Positions 47,730 to 57,064 of a stretch of DNA of 64,000 nucleotides are shown here, in pieces. The first letter of the stretch is position 1; the number at the start of each line of letters is the position of its first letter. This DNA comes from a virus. Under the pieces are notes generated by a model. The model ran no database searches and was not told the DNA's origin. It saw only the letters and a program-made list of their open reading frames with translations. Where the stretch lies: IMG/VR virus record IMGVR_UViG_3300032047_000003, positions 32,001 through 96,000 of that record; one strand, given 5' to 3'. The position numbers and the translations under genes were made by a program.

Positions 47730-48518
47730 TCAATTAGATATAATGTCTTTTCCAAAAAAAGAAAATTCTTGCAAAAGTACATCTTCGTTTATTTGTATTG
47801 TTCCGCCAATTTGATTAATATAACAAGATACAATTTCCATATGATTTTTTGCTGCAACTGTATTTTGCTCTGGTCGATCGCCAAAATATATCTTAATGTT
47901 AAATGGACCGCTTAACAAAGCGTTAATTGTACTTCTATTAGCAATCCCTGATGGAATTTTAACTGGATTTTCTTTTGATTGCAAACTAAAATCCTCTAAA
48001 AGATTTTGCCCTAAAGAAATTGCATCAAATTTATCATATGTATCACTATACATTATCCGCTCAACATATTCATAAAAAGCGTCATGTTTATTAGGCAAAA
48101 GACTTACTCCTCCTTCATTACAAAAATTTTGCCTAATATGTTTCATATGATATTGATAAGCGTTCATATAACCATCAAGGCCTTCGCTACTCGCAGAATA
48201 AGGGGAACTGTAACTTCCTATACTTTCTCCTGCTTTAAACTTAGTATACTCTTTTCCACTTCCAGCTTTAATTCTTTTAGAAAGAATGCTTTTTGCTACT
48301 GTGTTGAATTCCACAAAGTTTACTACAAATGTTCCTCTAACTATTTTTTGACCAGGCGCTACAGCATCAAAAGTTCTAGAAGCATATCCGTAAATGGGTG
48401 TTGAGCTATCTTGAAGCTGATAAGATATACCAGCAACATCCAGTTGCTCCTTTTCGCTAAAAAAAACGCTTACATTCGCTCCACAAAAATATTCATAGTT
48501 ATATTGCTTTACTGACAT
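47730..48518 (-). CDS. Tail tube-fold protein (tube initiator, gp48/gp54-like role)
   Basis: YFCGANVSV...ISYQL...PIYGY...GQKIVRGTF aligns by eye with the tail tube protein; AAGGAG SD. Confidence 0.7.
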   Translation of the reverse strand: MSVKQYNYEYFCGANVSVFFSEKEQLDVAGISYQLQDSSTPIYGYASRTFDAVAPGQKIVRGTFVVNFVEFNTVAKSILSKRIKAGSGKEYTKFKAGESIGSYSSPYSASSEGLDGYMNAYQYHMKHIRQNFCNEGGVSLLPNKHDAFYEYVERIMYSDTYDKFDAISLGQNLLEDFSLQSKENPVKIPSGIANRSTINALLSGPFNIKIYFGDRPEQNTVAAKNHMEIVSCYINQIGGTIQINEDVLLQEFSFFGKDIISN

Positions 48519-48521
48519 TAA

Positions 48522-49736
48522 TTACTCCTTATTTTCTTTATCTATACTTGCGTTAGTAGTAAACCCTATATTGTCGTAACCTTCATCTGTTTTTACCACT
48601 ATGGAGTATTCTTCTGTATTCGTATCGTAAATCACATCCACATTTTGCTCATCTAAATCATTCCTATTTTCAAGTTCTTTTAAAAATTCATATGTAGAGC
48701 TTTCAGGATCTGACAGTTTTCTTAAAATAGCATTTTGAATTCCATCAAATTGGTTGGCTATTCTATTGTACTTTGATAAAGGTTTTATATCTTGAGCAAT
48801 AAACTGATATGATATTTCTGTTACCATGTCGTTTACAGAAGTAACTATACCTTCTGAGATGAACCTTATCCCCTCTATGTAAACGCCGACAGTGTTAAAA
48901 TCTCCATTTGAATTATTCAAACTTGCTTTCCCTAAATTGAATGTTTGATTATTCTTTGGTCGCGACCAATCTACTTTTTGTTTTTTAATGTAATCCTTTT
49001 TAAATTCTTTTTTATCGATAACAACAGAATTATCACCAACCTTTATCTGTTTGACAGCCGATTCTTCAACTTGACGGTTGCCTCCACTAGTCAATTGAGA
49101 ACCAATATACCTATTATCTTGATCTAGTTTTAAAACCGATGAAATATAAGTATCGTGGGTGGCCAAATTCATCGATGGATCCTTTCCATATTTAAACGAT
49201 ACTTCATTATAATCAGCTATACTGTTTGGATCGTAATACTCTGATACATATTCTAAAAATAAATTGAAAGTTGGTATTAATGGAGCTATTCTGTTTACCA
49301 TCTCAAGATCATCATTAGTACCACCGGCATCTAGCATAGTTTTCAAATCACTAAAATACCCCATGCCAAAGCTGTTATTCATATCTCTTGACCATTTCAC
49401 TTTTTGATTGTTATCGGAAGTCAATTTCAAAAGACCCTTTAGAGGATTATCGTCTATTACTGTAACTACAATTGTTCCGGCAATTTCTCTTACCGAACTA
49501 GCGTATCCCCTTACGCCTCTAGAACCCAAAGCTCTTGCTCTTCCGACAGGCTCATACACCTGGACTGAAACCGTACTCAAAGATTCAACCATTTCAGTTT
49601 TAAAACCTGAGTCTGAATCGTTTTCTACTACCCACCAGCCCTTAACATCGCTTCCCGAGTAAGAGTATTTCACATCTAAGCTCGTTTTAGCTCTGTTTTG
49701 ATTACCATCTTTAATACTTTTTTTATAATTGGCCAT
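48522..49736 (-). CDS. Tail tube-fold protein with insertion (tube initiator-like)
   Basis: YSYSGSDVK...REIAGTIV and IEGIRFISEGIVTSVNDMVTEISYQFIA align with the tube protein. Start moved to ATG 49736 (GGAG SD); the track start at 49787 lies in a terminator-like hairpin. Confidence 0.7.
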   Translation of the reverse strand: MANYKKSIKDGNQNRAKTSLDVKYSYSGSDVKGWWVVENDSDSGFKTEMVESLSTVSVQVYEPVGRARALGSRGVRGYASSVREIAGTIVVTVIDDNPLKGLLKLTSDNNQKVKWSRDMNNSFGMGYFSDLKTMLDAGGTNDDLEMVNRIAPLIPTFNLFLEYVSEYYDPNSIADYNEVSFKYGKDPSMNLATHDTYISSVLKLDQDNRYIGSQLTSGGNRQVEESAVKQIKVGDNSVVIDKKEFKKDYIKKQKVDWSRPKNNQTFNLGKASLNNSNGDFNTVGVYIEGIRFISEGIVTSVNDMVTEISYQFIAQDIKPLSKYNRIANQFDGIQNAILRKLSDPESSTYEFLKELENRNDLDEQNVDVIYDTNTEEYSIVVKTDEGYDNIGFTTNASIDKENKE

Positions 49737-49742
49737 TGCAGT

Positions 49743-49797
49743 CTCCAAAAAGAATATCCTTCTCCTGGATATTATAACATATGTCAAGAGAAGGATA
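49743..49797 (-). terminator. Probable intrinsic terminator after tail tube gene
   Basis: Minus strand TATCCTTCTCTTG...CAGGAGAAGGATA (13-bp stem with one G-U pair) followed by TTCTTTTT, 30 nt after the tube stop codon; loop is long. Confidence 0.6.
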
Positions 49798-49826
49798 AAA
49801 TTGTTTTTTAAACTAGAAAGATACTA

Positions 49827-50489
49827 TTAGTAACTTCCAGGATCTGCACTGAACGATCCGCTGCCAGACATATCCCAAGAACCCATCGGTTGCCACGGCA
49901 ACAAGGTTCTACAAACGTAGGTCATTTGATTCTCTATGACGATATCGTCAATAGAGAAACCAGAACCCTCGTTAAGGATTTCACAGCCATAAATTCTCAT
50001 TTGAGCCGCTTTTCCATATTCGTTTACTGCAATAATAGTAGTATCGAATGGAGGCAGTTGATCCACGTAGCTCGTTTTCTGAAGTGACCAGTCAGCGCTC
50101 AAAGCGCTTGCGTTTGCTGACTGACTAGGCTCGTTCAAGTCATTCAAGCCTACTCCCGAATCACTAACTCTCAAAGAGTCCAAGTCGTCTGCTGTTGCAA
50201 AGATTTCTTCTGAATCCGCCAAATACTGCTTGCTAGCAAAAGGCTCCTCAAACAATAAATGCTTATCAAGCATTAAAGAAATCATAGTTCCAGCAATACC
50301 TCTTTTTCCTCTCGAAAAAGAAAGTGGATCTACTTTACCCATGACATAAATTGGAGCTTTTTCCCTTTGGACTGCATACGAAACCGCTTGCATTTGTCCA
50401 ATTGGAGTGCCGCCAATAATTACTTTGATATCTACACCAGAAAAACTGGTGTAGGTTCTCGCTAAATCTAATGATGATTGATTACTCAT
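49827..50489 (-). CDS. Tail tube protein
   Basis: 220 aa directly after the sheath; YTSFSGVDIK...REKAPIYVMG...RGKRGIAGT...IYGCEILNEGSGFSIDD...TYVCR; followed by terminator-like hairpin. Confidence 0.85.
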   Translation of the reverse strand: MSNQSSLDLARTYTSFSGVDIKVIIGGTPIGQMQAVSYAVQREKAPIYVMGKVDPLSFSRGKRGIAGTMISLMLDKHLLFEEPFASKQYLADSEEIFATADDLDSLRVSDSGVGLNDLNEPSQSANASALSADWSLQKTSYVDQLPPFDTTIIAVNEYGKAAQMRIYGCEILNEGSGFSIDDIVIENQMTYVCRTLLPWQPMGSWDMSGSGSFSADPGSY

Positions 50490-50501
50490 TTTTTACTTCT
50501 C

Positions 50502-53396
50502 CTATTGTAAATTAGATTCGTCTGCAATGAGACTTGTTATTATGTTGATGCTTTCAATTGCATACGGAGGCACCATTGTCAATCTTATTGTAATATTGCC
50601 CAACATTCTATCTTCTCTACTAAAGGCAATTTGAGCAACAGCTCCATTGTGAATCCCTGCAGTTTGTTCAGAACGCAAATATCCGTTTATTGCGGTTCTA
50701 AGAGAAGCCACATTAGCGGAGTTGTAAGCAAGACCTATGTAGTCTTGTGCCAGATTTCTAACACCTTGAACTACTCTGTTAACGGCTCTAATAGTAGACA
50801 CTTTTCTGTAATCAGAGTATCTATGAGCCAAAGTTCTCATATTGTTTAAGTAAACCCCTCTCACTGGATTGTAAACCACAGTAGTGTAACCGGCTTGAGC
50901 CAATTTACCAATACTTCTAGCCTGAATAGTGCTTGCAAAAGTAGCTCTAACTCCAGATACAGATCCATTAACAGGACCAATCGGTTCATTTCCAATTGGA
51001 GTGATTCCAATCATACCGGTAACTACACCAGTCAAATCTCCGTAGTACTGATCGAATGCATTGCTGTGAGTCACCCACATAGCGGTTGGAACAATATATT
51101 TTCCAATGTCAACTCCAAAACCTTTTACATCAGTTGCTTCGTCGCTATCATCAATGCCGTAGGGCTCTATTCCTGAAGGAAGGTTGTCCCCTTTAGTAAG
51201 AATAAGTCCACCGTAAGCATAACCGTCAGAAGAACTCGCAATGGAACCTAACACTTGAGCGCGGTAGGCAGGAGCTCCTGCAGAAAACTTATAGCCAAGG
51301 ATACCTTTACCACCTTCGGAAGCGGTATCAATTGCTAGTTTACCCGCAATAGAAGTGTATGTTGGAATTTTTCCAATTGTAACAGCAGCATTAGGAGTAG
51401 CCGGCCCTTCAAAAGTCATACATGTCATAATAGTCTTCCATGTTGAAGAAGATTTATGGCACCAGCTTCCCATCAAGTGAGCAAAAGAACACTCTCTGAA
51501 TTCTCCAGGAAGACCAGCTTCAAATAGAGCTGTAACTTCAGTTGGAATTTCCTCCCCAGTTAATTCTTCGTGATCAAGATAATTGTTAGTATAGTCCAGT
51601 TCGGCTTCAACAGGGAAGGCGCCTTGCAAAACTCCATCTATTTTTGCAACTGCCAATGAAGAATCAGCAGAAGCTGGAGTACCCGTACTAACAGCATTAC
51701 TCAAAGTAAATGCACCCGTATCGCCAGTAATAGTAGGAGTACCAAATAGTGTATTCAACCCTGAGAGATTTGTAGCAGCATCAAAAGTAATTGTTAATAC
51801 TTGTCCATCAGAAGTAGTTGATTCTACAAGTGAATCTCCAGCACCGGCAACAATATGAACTTCATATGGATCCAAAGTTCTGTCGAACTCAATATCAATA
51901 GACTCTGAAGCACTACCATTCAAAGTAGTTTGACCAAGCTGAGCAGAACCAGTAATGGCTTCTAGTAAGTGTGCAGAGTTTGCTGCGTGACTTACAGATA
52001 TAGTTCCAGTAGTAATACCAGTCGCTGTTCGCACTCTTGCTTCCAGAAGGTTTTCCACGTAGTTTATAACATCGCCTAATGTAGCACCAAGTTCACCAAT
52101 TTCAATACTGATTGCATTAGCAACATAAGTTGGAGCATTTGCATCTAGAACAGAAACGGGATCTGCTGTTGTTGCAATCGATGTAGCACCACCATCTTTC
52201 CATTCAGGCCCTAAGGTTAAATCAAAGGTTGTAGTACCAGAAGCATGAGTAACACTAAAAGAAACAACTTGATCTGGAACTTCTACCGTAAAAGTCTGGG
52301 TCATTGCATCAAACAAATCCCAGCCTTTTTTCGAAGACATGTAGTAATATTTTTCACCTTCGAATTCCGTTTGCCACAACCATCCAAGAACATTATTAGA
52401 ATCAATGCTTAGGTCAGCAGAAGGCTTGGAGGGTCCGGTTCCAATTGGAAGTGAAGAAAAATCTACAGAAGAGTGAACTGGTTGCGCTCCTTGAAGTTCA
52501 TGGTGCACGATCAATCCGCCTGAAACACTGTCAGCAATATTCGGTGAATCAAGGTGATACCCTCCACAAGGGAGAATATAGTCAAATTCCTTAAACGTTA
52601 AAGACTCTAAAGCTCTATCCATAAAAACGTATTTCTGAACAAGGGGAATGGTTTGCCCATCGTTACCCTGTCTTTTAATAGTGGCTATAAAAGTGTCAGT
52701 GCTTTGTGTGTCGCTCCAAATGTAATGCTTTGCAAAATCAGCGATAGCATAATCCGAAGTTATACTACTACTTGGTTCATAGCCTGATTCATCTACATCT
52801 AATAAGGGAAGAATTTCTCCTGGATGGAATACACCATCTGAACCAATTCCATGAACAAGCGGGTTCCCGCTCGAATCTGCAAAATCTCCAGTTTGTTCCA
52901 CGAGAAAAGGTTTTTCTGCAATTTGAAGAATGGAATGACTATCCCAAACATATCCTTCTTCCTCGATGTCATAGACGATTACTCTTTGTTCGTCCACGCC
53001 GTTAACAGTATGAGAAGTCAAAAGAACTTTAAGTCTAGCAGAAGCTTCTCTGTCACTATAATGAAGTGGGGTCAAAGTAATGGTTCCACCGGCAGAACTT
53101 TCTAATTCAATTTTTGGTGCAATCCCACCAATTCTCATAACATAAATGTAATAAGCTTCTGTTCCAGCTTGCGCTATAATTTCAGCTACTTTTTTCTGCA
53201 TTTCAGTGTCTTGCCCGTACAGTCTTTTTACGTCTCCATCTTCAACAACAAGTTGAGGAAAATTAGTAGGACCTTCAGAAGCAGGCCCAACAATTAGAAT
53301 TGTAGGTCTTGAACCGGTAGCAGCTAGGCTCAGGCCTCCGTCATTTAATTCTGAACGAACTAAACTTAAGCCTGAATAAAAACTAGGTTGTGACAT
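50502..53396 (-). CDS. Contractile tail sheath protein with large central insertion
   Basis: N-terminal TILIVGPASEGP; C-terminal YRKVSTIRAVNRVVQGVRNLAQDYIG...ITIRLTMVPPYAIESINI sheath signature; GGAG SD. Confidence 0.9.
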   Translation of the reverse strand: MSQPSFYSGLSLVRSELNDGGLSLAATGSRPTILIVGPASEGPTNFPQLVVEDGDVKRLYGQDTEMQKKVAEIIAQAGTEAYYIYVMRIGGIAPKIELESSAGGTITLTPLHYSDREASARLKVLLTSHTVNGVDEQRVIVYDIEEEGYVWDSHSILQIAEKPFLVEQTGDFADSSGNPLVHGIGSDGVFHPGEILPLLDVDESGYEPSSSITSDYAIADFAKHYIWSDTQSTDTFIATIKRQGNDGQTIPLVQKYVFMDRALESLTFKEFDYILPCGGYHLDSPNIADSVSGGLIVHHELQGAQPVHSSVDFSSLPIGTGPSKPSADLSIDSNNVLGWLWQTEFEGEKYYYMSSKKGWDLFDAMTQTFTVEVPDQVVSFSVTHASGTTTFDLTLGPEWKDGGATSIATTADPVSVLDANAPTYVANAISIEIGELGATLGDVINYVENLLEARVRTATGITTGTISVSHAANSAHLLEAITGSAQLGQTTLNGSASESIDIEFDRTLDPYEVHIVAGAGDSLVESTTSDGQVLTITFDAATNLSGLNTLFGTPTITGDTGAFTLSNAVSTGTPASADSSLAVAKIDGVLQGAFPVEAELDYTNNYLDHEELTGEEIPTEVTALFEAGLPGEFRECSFAHLMGSWCHKSSSTWKTIMTCMTFEGPATPNAAVTIGKIPTYTSIAGKLAIDTASEGGKGILGYKFSAGAPAYRAQVLGSIASSSDGYAYGGLILTKGDNLPSGIEPYGIDDSDEATDVKGFGVDIGKYIVPTAMWVTHSNAFDQYYGDLTGVVTGMIGITPIGNEPIGPVNGSVSGVRATFASTIQARSIGKLAQAGYTTVVYNPVRGVYLNNMRTLAHRYSDYRKVSTIRAVNRVVQGVRNLAQDYIGLAYNSANVASLRTAINGYLRSEQTAGIHNGAVAQIAFSREDRMLGNITIRLTMVPPYAIESINIITSLIADESNLQ

Positions 53397-53405
53397 TTTA
53401 ATCTC

Positions 53406-54146
53406 CTATTTATTAATAATATCTGTTTGTATATTTTGTATAATTGGGTTTGATTTAACTTCAAACTCTCTAAATCTAACAAAAAAATTCAAAGGTCGAT
53501 AGAAAAGTCTTTGACCTGCGCTCATCATATACGTATCAGCGCCTCTATCTAGCCAATGAAATCTTTCTATCCCTTGGGTTTCAAATACCCAGGAATGGTT
53601 AATGAATAACTTTTCTAACCACAAAGCCCTCTTGTTGCATTCTTTATTTGTTTTGGCCCAACAAGTAAATTCAATTCTATGGTCTACTGGTCTTGACTCA
53701 ACTAAAATGTTTCTATTCGGAGCATGTGGCGAATTGTAATCGTAGTAATAAGTTGACTTTCTGTGCGGCCTACCAGATGCTTTTATATTCATATTGGCAG
53801 GTTCACGCTTAATTAGTCTGAAGCAAATTATTTCGCTTCCAACTTTGTCGAATCTTTCCGGAGGGTATTCCTCCGTAAGGATAACTCTATCTTCTGAATC
53901 TACACCTGATTTTTCCTGAGCATGATCTATAAGCTCACAAGCTAATCTGTAAAATCTATCTAAAGTCATATTAGTTGAATTAGGCAAAAATCGATTTACA
54001 TCAAACTCATAAGGATTGTCTATCTTTACAGATATTTCCTCTTGGTAAGAAACTTGATCTTCATTCATGACGACAATGTTGTAATTAGATTTTTCAAAAA
54101 TTGAATTATCTAATTTGTCGAATAACTTGCTAAATTCTTTTTTCAT
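53406..54146 (-). CDS. Tail terminator/completion protein
   Basis: 246 aa immediately upstream of the sheath; IEFTCWAKTNKECNKRALWLEKLF is consistent with the gpU/gp15-type fold. Confidence 0.6.
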   Translation of the reverse strand: MKKEFSKLFDKLDNSIFEKSNYNIVVMNEDQVSYQEEISVKIDNPYEFDVNRFLPNSTNMTLDRFYRLACELIDHAQEKSGVDSEDRVILTEEYPPERFDKVGSEIICFRLIKREPANMNIKASGRPHRKSTYYYDYNSPHAPNRNILVESRPVDHRIEFTCWAKTNKECNKRALWLEKLFINHSWVFETQGIERFHWLDRGADTYMMSAGQRLFYRPLNFFVRFREFEVKSNPIIQNIQTDIINK

Positions 54147-54148
54147 AT

Positions 54149-54724
54149 CTAATAATCGTTCCTAATGGCATCTTGCTCTTTGCAGTAAACTGATATAAAT
54201 TCAATTCTCCCAAAATCAGATCTGTTTTCTGAAATTGTTTCAGGTCTATATATACTTTCTATAACATATGGTACTATTGGTTCGCCTTCATAATCAAGTT
54301 TTACTTCAATAATTTTATCACAATACTTTATACTTTCTAAATGTTCAAAATAAAAAACTTTATAATCCGTTCTTATTTCCCCTAACTTCAGCATTCTCGT
54401 CCTATTAGCAAGTCCACCATCGGCACCTATATAACTTGAGTAAGTTTCTTTCCATGCCTCATCCCAAAAATACCCTTCTCCAGAGCAAAAGTTGCATTCT
54501 TTGCTTGGTTCTAAGGTGACTTCCGACAAGCAAGTGCAAGGTATCCTTTTATTAGAATCATCTAATCTAAATATTCTAAGAAGTACTTTCTTTGCGTGAG
54601 GTAAAGTTGTTCCGTCACCAAACAAAAGAGACTGAAAGTTAGACCTTAAGTCTATCTCTTTCTGCCCTGGTGACTTTACAGAACTGTTTTTTTTAGGGTA
54701 AAGATTTCGTTTAAAAGACTTCAT
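54149..54724 (-). CDS. Neck/head-closure protein with CxC...CxxC metal-binding motif
   Basis: CTC-x11-CNFCSGEGY motif; position between adaptor and terminator genes. Confidence 0.6.
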   Translation of the reverse strand: MKSFKRNLYPKKNSSVKSPGQKEIDLRSNFQSLLFGDGTTLPHAKKVLLRIFRLDDSNKRIPCTCLSEVTLEPSKECNFCSGEGYFWDEAWKETYSSYIGADGGLANRTRMLKLGEIRTDYKVFYFEHLESIKYCDKIIEVKLDYEGEPIVPYVIESIYRPETISENRSDFGRIEFISVYCKEQDAIRNDY

Positions 54725-55749
54725 TAATCTGGCTCCTTAATTCTTTTGCCGAATTCATCGACAATAAAATCTACAAAACCTTTTTTTGCTTTTATTTCGC
54801 CTTTAGCTACAGAGGAAAAATTTCCAGCTGGTTGCTTGTAGGGATATTTATAAGAAGAGTGCCAATTCCTTCCAATGAGTCCTCGGTTTGGATCCTTTAT
54901 GCCTTTGACTGCATAAGTAGGGCTTAATCCCTGTCCAGGAACAATTCCTCCGCCAGCGTTTACAACCCTATACCACTCTTCTCTTATCTTTTTCAATTCC
55001 GGTATAACATCTTTAAAAGATGATTCGTTCTGAATCATCAGATCACCCAACTTTTTTGTTTTTCCTGCCAGGTTTACAGGCAGCATCAACGCTCTTAAAA
55101 CCGTATCGTAAATTACGAATTTGGTTCTTGCCAGATTGTACATTTCTCTACTTCTTACTTTTGCTCCAGTTATTGCATTTGCTTCCATTGAAGCCCAATG
55201 TATAAACAAGCTTAAGGTGTCGTCGGGAATAGGGTCTAGCATTTGTCCAACTTCAAGTCTTACTAAATCCGGAGAAGCGTAATAAGGGCTATACTTTGTA
55301 CTGAAAGAAAGCTGATATTCTTCTCCTAAAGTGTTTCCTGAAGTATCGGCAATATCAGGAGAAAGAAGAATTACAACTAAAGTGTTTTTACCAATTACTT
55401 GAAGTTCTATTTTATTTTTTCTTTTAATATTAAAAGAAAAATAAGCATAACTTTTTATACCGTTTATTTCTACGACCCATAGGTCGTTCCAGGTTCCAGC
55501 ATCTACATCTGGAACAAGATAGCTTGCTTCATAAAAACCCTCACCGACCTTTTCTATAGAAGTAAGGGAATCATAAGCTTCACTATAGTCATCCTCGTCT
55601 ACAATGGTCTCAAAGTCTTTGGAGGGCACCTCGCTGTAAATGTAAACTGTACCTTTGTCTATTGAAACAGGCAGTCCTGAAGGATCACTAAACATCGCTC
55701 TTAAAGTTACATATTGTCCAACAGGAGCAGTTTTTCTAGAATAAGACAT
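54724..55749 (-). CDS. Head-tail adaptor/neck protein with N-terminal Ig-like domain
   Basis: N-terminal GEGFYEASY...GTWNDLW beta-sandwich; C-terminal YYASPDLVRL...KTKKLGDLMI adaptor-like pattern. Confidence 0.6.
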   Translation of the reverse strand: MSYSRKTAPVGQYVTLRAMFSDPSGLPVSIDKGTVYIYSEVPSKDFETIVDEDDYSEAYDSLTSIEKVGEGFYEASYLVPDVDAGTWNDLWVVEINGIKSYAYFSFNIKRKNKIELQVIGKNTLVVILLSPDIADTSGNTLGEEYQLSFSTKYSPYYASPDLVRLEVGQMLDPIPDDTLSLFIHWASMEANAITGAKVRSREMYNLARTKFVIYDTVLRALMLPVNLAGKTKKLGDLMIQNESSFKDVIPELKKIREEWYRVVNAGGGIVPGQGLSPTYAVKGIKDPNRGLIGRNWHSSYKYPYKQPAGNFSSVAKGEIKAKKGFVDFIVDEFGKRIKEPD

Positions 55750-55750
55750 A

Positions 55751-56854
55751 TTACAACTCTATGATTATTTTATTATCTTCTACTGTAAGTTTCTTTCTTA
55801 ACTGTTTTGGTTCCTGCTGTGAGTTTCCTCCAGAATAAAAACCAGAAACAGGATAAGTGTAAACTATTACAGTTTCATCATCAACGGTAGATTCGTCTAC
55901 ATCGTTGTCAAAAGTCAACGTTATTGTTTTATCTTGAAAAAGCATATTTGTGCTTCCATCGTCCGGACTCATCTCTAACAATGACAAGCCACCTTCTTCT
56001 GAAGTAAGAACTATTTTGGTCCCAATCGGACTAGTTGACATTGTTTCCGGAACCTCTTCTATAAAATCAGAAGAAGTTTTAAAACTAAACTGATAAGAGT
56101 CTTCCATAAATTCAGGTTTATAAACCTCTATAGAATAAACATCTCCTTTTTCAAAAGAGCTTCCAGAAAATCTAACCTGCAAGTTCTTTTTTATCTTTCT
56201 AAACCTTCTGGAGGAAACCTTTCCTTCGTCAGAAGAAGTTTTTCCTGATTTTTCAAACCAACAAGAATATTCACAAGTTCCAATGTTCCCTGCTTTCGTA
56301 ATTTCTATAAACAACTTGTCATCCGTATTGGAATCATATCCACCATACACATGAACAAAGCCCGTTGAAGAATTGACCAGGCTGTAGTCAGGATCGTATA
56401 AAGTTCTTTTTGTAATTCCTTTTTTTAAATTATCTTCAACTTCTCCTATAGCAAAAACTTTATAATTATTTTTTTCAGACAATAATTTTTTAGGAATTAA
56501 ACAAACTTTATAATAAGCGGACAGATACTCTTCTGCTTCGAAAGAAGTTATTTCACTTGTTTCCAGTTCTTCCCCTGTATCCGGATTGACATAAACCCCT
56601 TCAATAGAATACTCAACTATACCTTTAAATCCAGCAGTTTTTAAAAAATCCGACTCTCCGATGTCGCTTTGGTTCAGCCAAATGGTATCATTCGGTCCAG
56701 TCATTATTTCAGACTCTTCTCCATAAACAACTACATTGTTCCTTACGCTTTCTAAATCAACTGATTTGTCAAAAGTAATACATATCTTTGCTCCAACAGG
56801 AACAGAAGTAGATTCATTACTTGGAAATACGCTTATTATCTTTGGGGCGCTCAT
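55751..56854 (-). CDS. Ig-like (SbsA/Big_5-type) domain virion protein
   Basis: Two Ig-like starts: IISVFPSNESTSVPVGAKICITFDKSVD and MSPDDGSTNM...ITLTFDNDVDESTV. Start moved to ATG 56854 (MSAPKII) from the GTG at 56902. Confidence 0.75.
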   Translation of the reverse strand: MSAPKIISVFPSNESTSVPVGAKICITFDKSVDLESVRNNVVVYGEESEIMTGPNDTIWLNQSDIGESDFLKTAGFKGIVEYSIEGVYVNPDTGEELETSEITSFEAEEYLSAYYKVCLIPKKLLSEKNNYKVFAIGEVEDNLKKGITKRTLYDPDYSLVNSSTGFVHVYGGYDSNTDDKLFIEITKAGNIGTCEYSCWFEKSGKTSSDEGKVSSRRFRKIKKNLQVRFSGSSFEKGDVYSIEVYKPEFMEDSYQFSFKTSSDFIEEVPETMSTSPIGTKIVLTSEEGGLSLLEMSPDDGSTNMLFQDKTITLTFDNDVDESTVDDETVIVYTYPVSGFYSGGNSQQEPKQLRKKLTVEDNKIIIEL

Positions 56855-56981
56855 TTTTTTCTTCACCTTTATTATCTTTTTCAAGAATCTCTTGCTTTGC
56901 ACCGGATTTAATTTCTACAGTTTCCCAACCTTCATCAAAAACGCTTTTGTCAAAAGGATTTTTACTTTCTTTTTTCCACAT
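56817..56981 (-). CDS. Small charged hypothetical protein (54 aa), absent from ORF track
   Basis: GGAG SD then ATG: MWKKESKNPFDKSVFDEGWETVEIKSGAKQEILEKDNKGEEKNERPKDNKRISK*; fills the gap after the capsid terminator and overlaps the next gene by 38 nt. Confidence 0.65.
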   Translation of the reverse strand: MWKKESKNPFDKSVFDEGWETVEIKSGAKQEILEKDNKGEEKNERPKDNKRISK

Positions 56982-57000
56982 ATTGTTCTCCAGTTAAATT

Positions 57001-57031
57001 AACAAAGGGAGGCAGAACCTCCGCCTCCCTT
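57001..57031 (-). terminator. Intrinsic terminator after major capsid gene
   Basis: Minus strand AAGGGAGGCGGA-GGT-TCTGCCTCCCTT then TGTT; GC-rich hairpin 33 nt after the capsid stop. Confidence 0.85.
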
Positions 57032-57064
57032 ATGGTTTTTGTAAAAGTACTACTCTAAGTTAAC

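Noticed and set aside
49771-49787. Canonical sigma70 promoter (TTGACA/TATAAT)
   Set aside because: Spacer is 5 nt; kept only as a low-interest curiosity.
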